Shown here piece by piece: positions 12,546 through 25,081 of a stretch of 64,000 bases of DNA. The DNA is taken from the NCBI GenBank assembly GCA_951804945.1, contig OX638162.1, positions 25,358,001 through 25,422,000 on the forward strand, written 5' to 3'. Both the position numbers and the translations under genes were made by a program. The first letter of the stretch is position 1. Every line of letters starts with the position of its first letter. The notes below the pieces were generated by a model. That model worked only from the letters and a program-made list of their open reading frames with translations. It was not told the DNA's origin and did not search any database. This DNA is from Podarcis cretensis. Taxonomy: Eukaryota.

Positions 12546-15303
12546 TAAATGTAAATCTTACATGCGCAAGGCCTCCCGTATGTGAGAGGGAATCAGCCTA
12601 GGCTAATTGGGATTTCGCCTCATGTAGGTCCCTTTCACACGGTCCCTGAAAGTGGGCATGGCTAGTCAGTGTGAACCCCTGTTCCAGCCCCTCACACATG
12701 CTTTCAATGGCATAAGAAGGTTCCTATGAACCCTCCTAAAATGAACTTTTGAAAATAGTATGTGATGGGGAAAGGAGGCTGTAAAGAAAAACAGTGTGCT
12801 CAACAAGACGAATGGCAAATCGCAACATCCATCACCCGCTTAGCATCAGTGGACAGAATCCTTGGGATTTCAGTGGGACAGCAACGTGTCATCAGAGAAT
12901 GAGTGATGGAGAGGGGTTGTTTTTAACTCTGTGTCCTCAGCCATCATCAGGTTTGCTGGATTTCACTATACCATTTTATCCCCCATAAAAACCCAATACA
13001 AACCTATCCCCTTTGCATTCGATAATGACTTGTTTGTCCCAAATTCCACCTAGAGAGTAAAACTTCAATTTTCCAGATGTAATAAAAGCCATGTTAAATG
13101 TTTTTACGGCTCCATCTGTAGGGATTAGGACTTCACTCTGATTACTTGGCCTCTAACCATTCGTCTTTGTATTTGATGTGCCTGAAATGGCCAGCTAACT
13201 GAAAATGCCATTTGCCCCAATCTGCAACTCTTTTCTCTCAAGTGGCGGTGGGGGGTGGGGTGGAGAGCAGACTCTGAACAGAACCAGAAAAGTTAAAAAA
13301 AAATGGCAGGAAGATGCTTGAATATAACTTAATTAATAACCACAGTGCTTTTATAATTGTTGCTATTGTTGTTCTCAGCATGGCATACATGATCTGCCTC
13401 CTCCTCATTTAACCCACACAGCAACCCTGTGAGGTAGGTTAGGCTGAGTGACAATCAATAGCCCAAAGATCAGCATGGATTTATAGATGAGTGAGGATTT
13501 GGGGCCTGGGTTTCACAATCCAACTAACCAATACACCAAACTGATTATTGCTTCCCCCAAGGTCCTATTCATATTGAAAGTAACATAAAGGTGCTCATAA
13601 GATTTGCTCTCTTTGAAGTTTCACAAGGCGAATCACAGAGAGTTGCATTTTGACAGGTTTAAAAACAGAGCCCTGCACGTTATGAAGAAGCATCCTGTTC
13701 CTTTCTAACTCCACAGACTTTCTGAACTTTGTTTTTTAATGTGCAGGAAAGAATTCCTCTTCAGAGCCCCCTCGCCTCATTTTGCCACCTTAAGGCTCTC
13801 GTGTAAAAGGATTTGGCCCGCTTCAAAAGGGCAAGAGTACCAAGCAAAGTTACTTCAACTGAAGGTGAAAGAAGAGAAGGCAAAACCCTCAAGCAAAGTT
13901 TAAAAGCTGACCCGAATTAATCTTAGTTTGATTCAAACTGATGACAAAAGCAGCTCGTTTTAAGAATATCTGTTGTGGTTTTGTATATAATGACTATAGC
14001 AATGTTACAGCTGGACACAAGCAATTGTGTTCAAGATGGATGAAGTTACTATGATAGATTTTCTGTGGTGTACCATATCCATCTCTCTTATCTCACAGTC
14101 GTATTGGGTCAAATGGGACTGGCAGGCTTGTGAGGCATTATGCCACCTTTTCCAACATTCCTGGCGCCCTCCAGATCTATTTTGGACTGTAACTCTTTAT
14201 CAGCCCCAGTTGAGTCCTTCCCAGTCTCATCTAACCCATGGAAGTTGTAAGTCCAAAACATCCGACAGGTTCCAGGTGGGATACAGCTGCATTGCAAAAA
14301 AAATCTGCAAATCCCCCATATCTCTTGTTTTGACTTATTTTGTTGTTGTTTTATGGTTTCAGGTTGCATTTTGGTTTTAATGGATATTGTTTTGCCATTT
14401 TATATAGTGTCCATGACTTAGAGATTTCAAAAATAAATACATAAGTGGTTTAGATGCACTTTTAAACAGATGCATTATGGGGCAGAGTGTGCTCAACATA
14501 GGCCTGTCTCGTAACACCTCCAACAACTATCCTAAATTGATAGATTGAATTTGTACTGAAGACTTGTCCGAACAAGCTATGTGCTGCCTGTGGGGTTTGC
14601 TTTTAAGGAAACGCATATAGGGCCGTATTCAACAATAGCCCTACTCATGGGATATGTACTGAAATTAGAGGACATGGCTAAGTTAGGTCAACACATTTCT
14701 AAGGGTACAAACATAGTTGGACCTAGCTGAAAATAACCCATAGGACTGTTATAAAGAAACTTGGCACAACAAGCAATGATAGGGCTGCCATACGTCCAGT
14801 GTTTTGTCCTGGATCAACGCTTGTTTGGCGTTTGTGTAGAAAACACTCAACAACTTTAAAGTCGCTCTTTTTGCTTTGGCTGCCAAAGAGCTAAGAAAGA
14901 ACACCTTAGACAATATAGCAGTGAACTGTAAGGGAGACACAGGGATCTAAACAGAGACCATTATTTGTGGTGTGACACCCCTTTTACTTCTTAACACCCT
15001 TATGTATATTTGATTCAGATTTTTCATGGCCAATGGCTAGTACAAGAAAGTTATTTGAATTGGAAATAAAAAAAGCTCAACAACTTTCAGGGTGTCCTGG
15101 TTTTTACTTTTTGAAGTATGGCACCCTAAGCAATGAATGCAGGGAAACAATTCAGAGAAACTTTGGTTTTGATTCAAGCTATGTGTGTGAATGGTAGGGG
15201 TGGAAGGCCCTATGAATTCCAGTTTTCCTGGGTTTCTGATTTTTCTAATCCTAAAGTCCCCTCTTCACATTTTACAGCAATTTGTTTTTTCTGCAATATA
15301 ATA

Positions 15304-15545
15304 CAGTGGTACCTCTGGAAGTGAATGGGATCCGTTCCGGAGCCCCGTTCACATCATGAGCAGAACACAACCCACATCTGCATGTGCACGGGTCGCGGGT
15401 CGCTGCATCTGCACATGCGTGTGACGTCATTGTGAGTGTCTGTGCATGTGCAAGCGGTGAAACCCGGAAGTAATCCATTCCGTTACTTCCGGGACACAAC
15501 CTGAAAAGATTCAACCTGAAGCAAACGTAACAAGAGGTAAGACTG
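15304..15545. mobile_element. Tc1/mariner (pogo/Tigger-like) MITE
   Basis: TA|CAGTGGTACCTC ... GAGGTAAGACTG|TA. Confidence 0.85.
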
Positions 15546-15547
15546 TA

Positions 15548-15903
15548 CAGTGGTGCCTCGCAAGACGCAATTAATCCGTTCCGTGAGGCTCTTCGTATAG
15601 CGGTTTTTTCGTCTTGCGAAGCAAGCCCATTGACAGCTTAGCGGATTAGCGCTATTAGCGGTTTAGCGGCTTTTAGCAGATCAGCTGATAAGCGGCTTAT
15701 CAGCGGATCAGCTGATAAGTGGCTTAGGGCTTAGGAAAAGGGGGGGGAAGGGGAAAACACCTCGCAGGAACTCGCAAGACATTTTCGTCTTGCGAAGCAA
15801 GCCCATAGGGAAATTTGTTTTGCGAAGCGCCTCCAAAACGGAAAACCCTTTCGTCTAGCGGGTTTTCCGTCTTGTGAGGCGTTTGTCTTCCGAGGCACCA
15901 CTG
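15548..15903. mobile_element. second pogo/Tigger-like MITE abutting the first
   Basis: TA|CAGTGGTGCCTCGCAAGAC ... GTCTTCCGAGGCACCACTG|TA, with internal TTAGCGG-like repeats. Confidence 0.9.
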
Positions 15904-16479
15904 TATAATGCATATCTTAGTGCTATCTACACTGATATCTTCATTTTCACGCACCCTTTCCTCTAACCTGTGTGTTTTTTTAGACATTGTTGGCTGGAAA
16001 ACTGCACTGCAAAATTCAACTAAGTGTGAATTTTGAAGGATAGTTGTGTTTGGGTGTGCGTATTGCACATTTGAAAGATTTGGCTTTAAATGTGTACTAA
16101 TTCAAATTCCTCCTCCATCCCTAGTAAAGACCAAGGGGTTAAGCCTTAATCAAGGTAAACTAGAAGTGAGGACTCTTTGGTCTTCCAGATGCTGTTGGAA
16201 TCCCAACACACATCAGCCCCAGCAAGCTGATGGTGTCAGGAATGATAGGAACTGTAGTCCATCGACACCAGGGGACCCAAGGAAGTACAACTCAAATCAG
16301 CCCCAGCTATCATGACCAGTGGTCAAGGATCATGGGAGTTGTAGTCTATTAACATCTGGAGGGTCACAAGCTCCCCATCCCTGGATTCACCTATATGACA
16401 ATGCATAAATGCAACACACACCACTGTTCCATACTAAATTACAACCAGAACCTGAAATATTAAGCACAACTTAACTTAC

Positions 16480-16602
16480 CTGGGGGTCTTGTGCACTGGA
16501 CACTTTCTCTGGAGAGATGAGGGAGAAGTTGTAAGCAAAAAGGAGCAGTAAAGCCAAGGGCACCATGTACAAATCAAAATGCCAAACCGTGACAACGAAT
16601 AC
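16480..16602 (-). CDS. MCTP2: MCTP2 window-exon 10 (123 nt, phase 0-0), hydrophobic membrane segment
   Basis: Acceptor catttag|GTA, donor CAG|gtaagt. Translates to [41 protein letters not shown]. Confidence 0.96.
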
Positions 16603-17025
16603 CTAAATGAGACAAAGGAAGACAGAAGGGGCTATTTACATCATTTGATGAAAAGAAAAGAGGGGAAGGAAGAAAAGGGAGGTGTGAAGAACAAAGCTTC
16701 TGACTCTTCATTCCTATGTGCATCCTTGAAGCTCCGCTAACCTCTGATCTCTCCCACTTTTGCATTCATGGGAAGATAATCACCTTGTATATTTCCATGT
16801 TCCAAGTGCACCATGTCATCCGTTAGAATTGCTAGCATTACCTTCTACTTTTGATTTTATTCTCATTGTAGGGATGTACAATTATGTAAACAAACAAGAA
16901 AAGAGAGACCTTGATGAAAGCTGAAAAAAACAAGAGAGAGAAAAGGAAGAAGGGGGGGATGGAACACTCATTGAAACTGGATAGAAGAAATGCCTGTCAC
17001 CTGCAGAACCACAGTACAAAAAGGA

Positions 17026-17492
17026 TGTCAGGAGCCAGGCCACCATCTTGATAACACAGCACTCAAGTTGTAATTAGCTTAAAGATTTATTGCAATACAA
17101 ACACTCAGCCTCGGACACCTATCTGTATGTCCATGACTTATGAATCGGTTGACCCTTCTGGGGAGTGATTCCGGTTATGGCAGAATATCCGGACCCTATG
17201 CCCTTTCTGTTTCCAGCTTTGTTTTCTAAGACCTTTCCCATATGTCTGCTCCTTGGATGAATTAACTCCCCTTACGGTGTGGAACTGCTTTCCCTCTCGC
17301 CTTCTGACACTGCCTGTCTTGAGAGAGTTGGTTGCTCTCTAGCACACTCTCTGCATTCCTGTCATTCTCAAAGCAAGGGGAGTTGATAAACTTCCGTTCA
17401 CAGCTGTCTGGGAAGAATGAGAGCCTCTCTCTTGTTGGCTGCTTCCTGACTCCTCTTGAGCTCTTATACCTTGGGGAGAAGTGTTCATGACA
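17026..17492 (-). mobile_element. solo LTR, 467 bp
   Basis: TGTCA...TGACA termini, 5-bp TSD aagga (17021-25 and 17493-97), AATAAA on the minus strand at 17086-17091. Confidence 0.8.
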
Positions 17493-17539
17493 AAGGATGT
17501 CTCCTATCTGGTTGTTTTCGTTAGACATGAGCCATGCTG

Positions 17540-17946
17540 TTATAATAATAATAATTTATTATTTATACCCCACCCATCTGGCTGAGTTTCCCCAGCCACT
17601 CTGGGCAGCTCCCAATCGAGTGTTAAAAACAATACAGCATTAAATACTAAAAACTTCCCTAAACAGGGCTGTCTTTTAAAAATAGGATAGCTGCTTATTT
17701 CCTTGACATCTGATGGGAGGGCGGTCCACAGGGCGGGTGCCACTACCGAGAAGGCCCCCTGTCTGGTTCCCTGTAACCTCACTTCTCGCAATGAGGGAAC
17801 TGTCAGAAGGCCCTCGGCGCTGGATCTCAGTGTCCAGGCTGAACGATGGGGGTGGAGACGTTCCTTCAGGTATACAGGACCGAGGCTTTAAAGGTCAGCA
17901 CCAACACTTTGAATTGTGCTCGGAAAAGTACTGGGAGCCAATGCAG
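17540..17946 (-). mobile_element. L2-clade LINE 3' end
   Basis: Minus-strand motif GAFSVVAPALWTALP, then the 3'UTR and a (TTA)n tail. Confidence 0.85.
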
Positions 17947-19596
17947 ATCTCTCTGCATTACTCGTTCAGGGCCAAGAGCATAAGAAGAACCTGCTTGGAT
18001 CAGGCCCATGCCACATCTACTCTAGCATCCTATTCTCACAGTGATACCCATGGGAAGCCCACAAGCAGGACCCAAGAGCCCTCTCCCTCCTCTGTGGTTT
18101 CTAGCAACTGCTTTGCAGAAGCATTACTAGCCTCCGCCATGGCTGGGACCAATTAATAGCCATGAGTTTGCCCCTGTTCTCTTATAAAGCCATCCAAGCT
18201 GGTGAGAGTGAGTTCCATAGTCATGTTTGTTCTGCTTCCCAAAGTAGCCATTATTGAAGATCCATCTCCAGTTCCCAAAGTAGCCAGTATTGGAGAGCCA
18301 GTATGGGGAACCTCAGGTCTGGGGGCCACGTGGAGCTGATCATACCTATCTGGCCTTTGGGACTTCCCCACAAGACGTACTCCTTCTTGAGACACACCCC
18401 TCACCAGGCCACCCTCCTCCGGTGCTTTCGCCTGTGTGCAATTTGTCCTTGAACTCCAAGAGTACTTCTTGTTGGGAGGGTAGAGAGGGGAGTATGAGTT
18501 TCTGTAGAAATTGTACAAAAGATAGCAATCACGTTCGGTGTTCTTTCCACTTCTGCCTCTGGACCCAAGCACCCCATGGCATATGGCCTCCAAATGGTTG
18601 CCCTGGAAGAATGGGGCTCTCTGGCTGAAAATGGTTCTCTCCCTAACCCCCACGTTACCTGATTGCCCATCTCTTTTAATATTTTTTTGCATAAAGCAGC
18701 CACGGCAGGTCCCAATTCAAATCAGGACCTGCAACACTGGTGAAAAGCATGCCCTCCAAACTTCTCTAATGAAGCCAAGGATAGTTGTTTGGTTGTGGGT
18801 TTTATTGTGGGGGTTTTTTGCAAGGGAGGGGAAGCGCAAGTTTTTCTCTGGCAAAAGGAATGAAAGGAAAATAAGATACACAAGGGAAGAGTTCAGGATC
18901 TAGAGAAGGGATGGCTAACACGGTGTCCTTCAGCTGTTACTGGACTCCAGTTCCCATCAGAGGTGGTTATAGGGTAGCGCAGGAGGTGTAGTCCGACAAT
19001 GTCTTGAGGGTACCACACATTGACTAGAGTAATAAGGTTTTGTGTTGGCACAAGGGCTGGTGTAAATGTCTCCCTGTTTGGGGATTCACCCAATTTGAAG
19101 GGGTACTTTGGGCAAATTTTGAAATCCTTACAATGGCAGCAAGCGGGTTGAATTATTGCCATGCCTTTTTCCAAAAGGGGGGGAAAAATGATGTAGGATT
19201 TGCTTTAGAAAGCTTTAGAAAGACAAATGCATAAAAAGTTTTTTTAAAATCCTCCTTCTCACTGAAAGATGCCTCCCCTAAATGCAGTTGAAATGGCAAC
19301 ATAGTGGCAACTTCAAATTGTCTACCTGTGTACAGAGGTGCATGCTGTAGGCAGCTGTTTTCATCTTCCAGGTCTTAACACAAGAAACGAATAGCATCTA
19401 TGCATAGCAGAGGGTGGGAGATAGAGCATAATAAGAAAAGGGGGAAGAAATCTGTTGACATCAGCTGCCTTTGCCACTACTTGGCCTCTCCTCCCAGTCA
19501 GCAGCATCAACGCAGGCAATGGGAAGTCAACTGAAGCACCTAGAGGTGGCTATAGACAAAGCAGAAGACTGGGGGAGGGAAAAGTGTTTCTACACA

Positions 19597-19700
19597 TGAA
19601 TCATAGAGTTGGAAAGGACCACAAAGGTCATCTAGTCATCATGCAGGAATCTTTTGCCCAATGTGTGCAGCTCGAACCCACAACCCTGAGATTAAGAGTT
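19597..19700 (-). mobile_element. second, 5'-truncated tRNA-Lys/CR1-tail SINE
   Basis: Shares CTCTTAATCTCAGGGTTG..GGTTCGAGC..AAAGATTCCTGC..CTAGATG..TTCCAACTCTA with 5730-5875. Confidence 0.7.
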
Positions 19701-19731
19701 ATCCCTACTCACAAAGGCACTCGCCTTAACC

Positions 19732-19867
19732 CAGGCACAGGCAAACTCAGCCCTCCAGATGTTTTGGGACTACAACTCCCATCATCCCTAGCTAACAGGA
19801 CAAGTGGTCAGGGGTGATGGGAGTTGTAGTCCCAAAACATCTGGAGGGCTGAGTTTGCCTATGCCTG
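19732..19867. mobile_element. fold-back hAT MITE, 136 bp; decayed copies near 900, 1010, 9190, 14150, 16170, 18910, 24300, 24530, 29460, 50820 and 53780
   Basis: Near-perfect inverted arms of about 57 bp and a perfect 8-bp TSD ccttaacc (19724-31 and 19868-75). Confidence 0.92.
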
Positions 19868-21384
19868 CCTTAACCTGTTCCTCTCCATACATTTCAGTCC
19901 ACTGCTGCTTTTCAAGATAAAAAAAAAAGGCTGGTATAGTTGTTATCTTTCAGGGATTAAACCAGATTGGCAGGTACAGTTCTGAGCAGTCAAATAGCCG
20001 GGGAGAACGCATTAGACAGTTGCTCCCTCTGCTCTGTCTGAAACCAGCTGCTTTGCCTGGTAAGAGAGTTGTATGCAATGCCAGCTATAATGCACAGAAC
20101 TGACTTAAGTTCATTAATTTCAGTGGGTGTCTCTGACTAGAACTAGAACAGGATAAACCTAGAGTGTCTGATGGCAGGAGGACGAATTCTTGGAACTATA
20201 TTTTACATGTAGTTTTGCATTTAGGAAGGAAACTTCTGATTTGGGTGCATGTATAGATTTGCTGAGTTCTCTTTCACATGCACCAGTTTTAATCCTGTTG
20301 ATTCTCTCATGCAGCTTTTATCATTTTTTGCTTTTGCAGTTTTATTTTAATTGCTTAATTCGTTTTGAGAATGTGATTTAAGGGCAATATAGCATTGCTT
20401 TGAAACAAAGAAATAAATAAAACTAACATGCATGTTTCCCATTTGAATTTTCAGCAAAAAGAAAAAAGAAAGAGAGAGAAAGAAACGTCGCACCTACAAT
20501 TTTATGAGAAACGAAGCTGAAATCCCCACGCGGCTGTTCCAAAATTTCTGAGCTGGAGAACAGATCCAACTTGCAAGTTGAAAGGAAGGGCAGGCCAGAG
20601 AGTCATCCCGGGTGTTTTAGTAATTAAAGAAAAGTGCATAATGAACCATATGCCCAAAAGGGGCCTGTTTTTCATGCAGGACAGATTTTTGTTTGAATTT
20701 TTAATTTTTATATACAGATGAAACACTGGGTGGGATGAAGTAACTGTGTGAGGTAACACACCATGCAGTAGAGGAAGAAGAGGAGACAGTCGATGTGAGG
20801 ATGAGCCGAGCATCCTTCGATGATTATGTGTCTATATTTCACTATTTTGAGACAAAGAATTTTTTTTTAAAAAAAATGCATCCTTCTCTCCTTTGAGCAA
20901 CTGTTTTAGGCATCTGTTCAAAGTCTCCATGAAAGAGATATTGACAGCTTTTTAGGCTGAACAGTCCAAGAAGAAAAGAACAGAATGCTGCCTGCCAATT
21001 TTTTTATTTTTTTTTTAAATCAGGCTGACCCCACGGGACAAACAACAAGGATTCTTCTGCTATTTGTTGGACCCACCGCGTTGCCTCAACCACTCTGGTT
21101 TGGTGGAAAACCTGCCTTTGAAGCTCTAGCCAACACATTGAACAACAGCAAGCCCAGCGCTTAAGCTCTGGAGTCTCTAAACTTCATTTGTTGTCATTTT
21201 CATTCCGCGGCTTCCCTATTCCAAGGGAAGCAAGGAGTGTTTTACAAAGCTAAAAATAAAAGCCACAAACCTATCAATACCAATTAAGTAAAATACACAA
21301 TAAAACACCAAGTTACCCCGCTTATTTTTATTGTTACGATGTTAAATACAGCTAAATTCCCAGTGAAGGCTGTCCAGCTTTGAC

Positions 21385-22060
21385 CATATGCACACTGCAT
21401 ATTTGAACCACTATGATAACACTTTAAACATTCATGGCTCCCCACAAATAATTTTGGGCTCTGTAGTTAGTTAAGAGTGCTGAGACTTTGGGGGAGAGCC
21501 CCTCCCAAAGCTGTAGTTCCCAGAGTTCCCTGTGAAGAGGGATTTATAGCTCTGTGGTGGGAATAGGGGTCTCCTAACGGCTGGCAGGTGGCGCTGTGGG
21601 TTAAAGCCTCAGCGCCTAGGGCTTGCCGATCGAAAGGTCGGCGGTTCGAATCCCTGCGGCGGGGTGCGCTCCCGCTGCTCGGTCCCAGCGCCTGCCAACC
21701 TAGCAGTTCGAAAGCACCTCCGGGTGCAAGTAGATAAATAGGGACCGCTTACCAGCGGGAAGGTAAACGGCGTTTCCGTGTGCGGCTCTGGCTCTGGCTC
21801 TGGCTCTGGCCAGAGCAGCGATGTCACGCTGGCCACGTGACCCGGAAGTGTCTCCGGACAGCGCTGGCCCCTGGCCTCTTAAGTGAGATGGGCGCACAAC
21901 CCCAGAGTCTGTCAAGACTGGCCCGTACGGGCAGGGGTACCTTTACCTTTTTAACAACTCTCAGAACCCTTAACAAACTACAACTCCCAAAATTCTTTGG
22001 GGGAAGCCATGTCTGCTTAAAGTGATACCACAGTTTTCTGAAATTATAGTGCAAACATGG
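21385..22060. mobile_element. palindromic dispersed repeat (MITE-like) interrupted by a SINE; other copies near 5480, 41410, 43780, 56850 and 62640
   Basis: Inverted arms CATGGCT(T)CCCC..TGTAGTT..TTAAG.GTGCTGAGA / TCTCAG.ACCCTTAACAAACTACA..GGGGAAGCCATG. Confidence 0.7.
21579..21951 (+). mobile_element. Sauria SINE (type B)
   Basis: Head GGTGGCGCTGTGGGTTAAAGCCTCAGCG, internal (GGCTCT)4, ACCTTT tail. Confidence 0.93.
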
Positions 22061-25025
22061 CTCTAGATAAGGTCATGTGGCCTCCTTTGAGATTTAAGAT
22101 TTTGGGGGTATTGTATGTTTTGTTTACTGTATAGGTCAAGTTTTTATTTGTATGTATAATTCTTATGTATATGTTTTGAGTTGCCCACAACCTGACCTTG
22201 GTTGCCATATGATTACTGATTTATCAGCTTCTCTATATGTCCTGAGGTGACACAAAAATATTAAAAAAGCATGATGGAGGTATATAAAATTAGGTATGAT
22301 GTAGAGAAGGTGGATAAAGAACAGCTTTTCTCTCTCTAATAACACTAGAACTCGGGGACATCCAATGAAGATTCGGGATACTGGAAGATTCGGGACATTC
22401 AAAAGGAAGTCCTGCACACAGAACATTGTTAAACTATAAAATTTGCTCCCCCCAATTGGAATGGCCTTCAAAAAAAAAAAAAGGATTAGAAAAAGTTATG
22501 GGTGTGGGATTCAAAGAAAGAGAGGAGTTTTTTCTCCTTCCTAATACCAGAACATTGGCCCTTGTGACTCTCCATAGGCAACTCCCCTCTACAGCCACAT
22601 AAATTTTCCCCAAGCAGTATCCGTATCCATCACCAGCCAGTGTGTAGAAACTATCCTGTTCTGCAAAGGGGAAAGGCATATTTGTTGCTCTGCCTCTGGA
22701 CTCACCCACCCCTGGCATGTGGACCCTGGAAGGTTGCCCAGAAGAATATGTGGCCCTCAGGCTGAAAAAGGTTCCACACTGTGTGTCTTATGGGGCTGAT
22801 GCGAACTGAAGCCCAACATCTAGAGGACATCATGTTGGCTGACCCTGAGTTTCAAGCGTACTTAGGAGAATATTCTCCCTCTATTTCTGCAAGACAATGA
22901 AGGTGATATATGAGAGACACCCAATATGTCTCCACCTTTGGGAAGCAGTCTAGGGGACTGCTTAACACTTGAGACTTTGTCTCATCAGGCAATGGCTTTT
23001 TCCACCTGCTTTGCCCCACCCCAGCCCTAGGAGCCTTCAGAATGGAGCTGTTGCCATGGGCATTATGTGTATGTGTCTTTTGATGAACTGAGTGGAATAT
23101 TATGAATCATGGAGGTGGGGAGTGTGTGTGTGTGTGTGTGTGTGAATTTCCACAGTGCTTAGTTTGTTAGTCTGTTAATTGTTAATGCTGTTAATATTAT
23201 TTTGTGGATTATGAGTGCTGTAGTGCTTTGTGAATCTCATAATATGACTTTTGTTGTGGTTGTGCTGTTTAACTTAATTTTTTAGTTGTTTTGTTAATGG
23301 TGTTTTATAGAAGGTGGTTGTTTTACAGATAATTTGTTCGTTGTTATACATGGTTTATGTTGTAATTGTGATGTTCTATTATGTTTTTGTTATTTATTGT
23401 TTGTGACTCGGGGAGTGAAAAGCGGCCTAGAAATATAATAAATTAAATTAAATTAATTTACCTCCCTGCTGTTTGCCTGCTCAAAGTCGTCATCAACAGC
23501 AGCTTTTCTCATAGACACAAGGACCCTGTACCATTTCCCTCTCCAGGTAGGAAAGCAGCTTATGAAAAGCAATTTTGAGCAGGAAAAAGTTGGAAGGGAA
23601 AGGGTTTAGCAGCCCTGCTCCTGCTGCTATTCCACTCCCCACTGCTGTATCTGATGCTCCTTTTCATTTAAAAGAAGCCATGGAGAAAGGCAGCTCACAT
23701 TCATCCTTGCTTATTGTCTAGTCTGAACCAAAGTTAACCAAGACTGAAACACTACTTAGTATTCTGATTGTATGCACTTCCACAATCCTTTGCTTTGCTT
23801 GTCACATTATTATTTTTTCTCAACGGCATCTCTCCCCTTTTTTAAATTATGCAGGTGACCAATGTGATAATGAAACACTTTGGCACTGTTTTGATCCTTC
23901 AGATATAATGACAATTAGCACCATGCAGCATCTATCTTAATGCTTGCTCCATTTAATGAAATGCTTATCGTAGTAGAAGGAGTCTCACAGTTTTGGAGGG
24001 ATCTATATATGAATGATTAAAAAGAAACTGGCCCATTTTTTTGTACACACACACAGACACCACTGCTCTGTTTCCAAGACTCAAGGACACTTGACAACAG
24101 TTCTACATTGTACAGGTGGGTCTGTGCACATTAAAGGGATAACACTGGAAAGAAGACATCATTGACTGGCATCAGAACATATGAAGCTACCTCATACTGA
24201 GAAAGACCACTGGCTACTGGTCCACAAATAATGAACTAAAACCAAGGAATTTCACAATTCACTAGAAGTAGCTTGAATCCAATCGCCAATGTTGGGCAAC
24301 CCAATAGTTATGGTTGGACTACAGCTCCTACCATCTCTGACCATTGACCCTACTGGGTGGGTCTGATGGAAGTTTGACTCCAACCATCTCTGGAGGGCTA
24401 CAGATTGCCCACACCTCCTTTAATTAATTGTGTTTATACCATTTGACACATCTTCCAAGGAACTCAGGGCATCCAACTCACCACTTCCAGGCCTGCCTGG
24501 GCAAACTTGTTATCATATAGTTTATTCCAGGGATAGAGAACTTGTGACCCTTCATATGTTGCTAGATGACAACTCCCAGACCATTGGCCATGACAGCTGG
24601 GGCTGATGAGCACTGGAGTTCAACAGCACCCAGAGAGTACCGTCTTATCCACCATGGCATTTTAGAGGCTTGGGTCTAAATGTACAAAGCTACCCCAGCT
24701 ACGGAATCATCTCCTCAATAATACTTGTCTGGAACCAGCTTTGTTAACTTTTAGGCTCCATTAGGGGTACCTTTACCTTTAAGGTGTTTTTTTTAAAAAA
24801 ATTTGCCTATAATTTTATTTATTGATATTGAGGATTTTACTGCTGTTTCTATGAGTTTGATGGGGTTTTTTCTCTTTTATGTTGCACATTGCTATTTTAT
24901 CATTTGTTGCTTAATTTTACTATTCAAATCATATTTATATTGGGTTTTGTTTTCTCCATTCAATTGTAAACTGTCTTGGCAGGTTCTCAAAAGCTTGTCA
25001 GCATTTTAGTGCAGATTATTTCATT

Positions 25026-25027
25026 CA

Positions 25028-25080
<53 letters not shown>
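25026..25080. repeat. compound (CA)n(GA)n microsatellite
   Basis: Read directly from the sequence. Confidence 0.96.
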
Positions 25081-25081
<1 letters not shown>

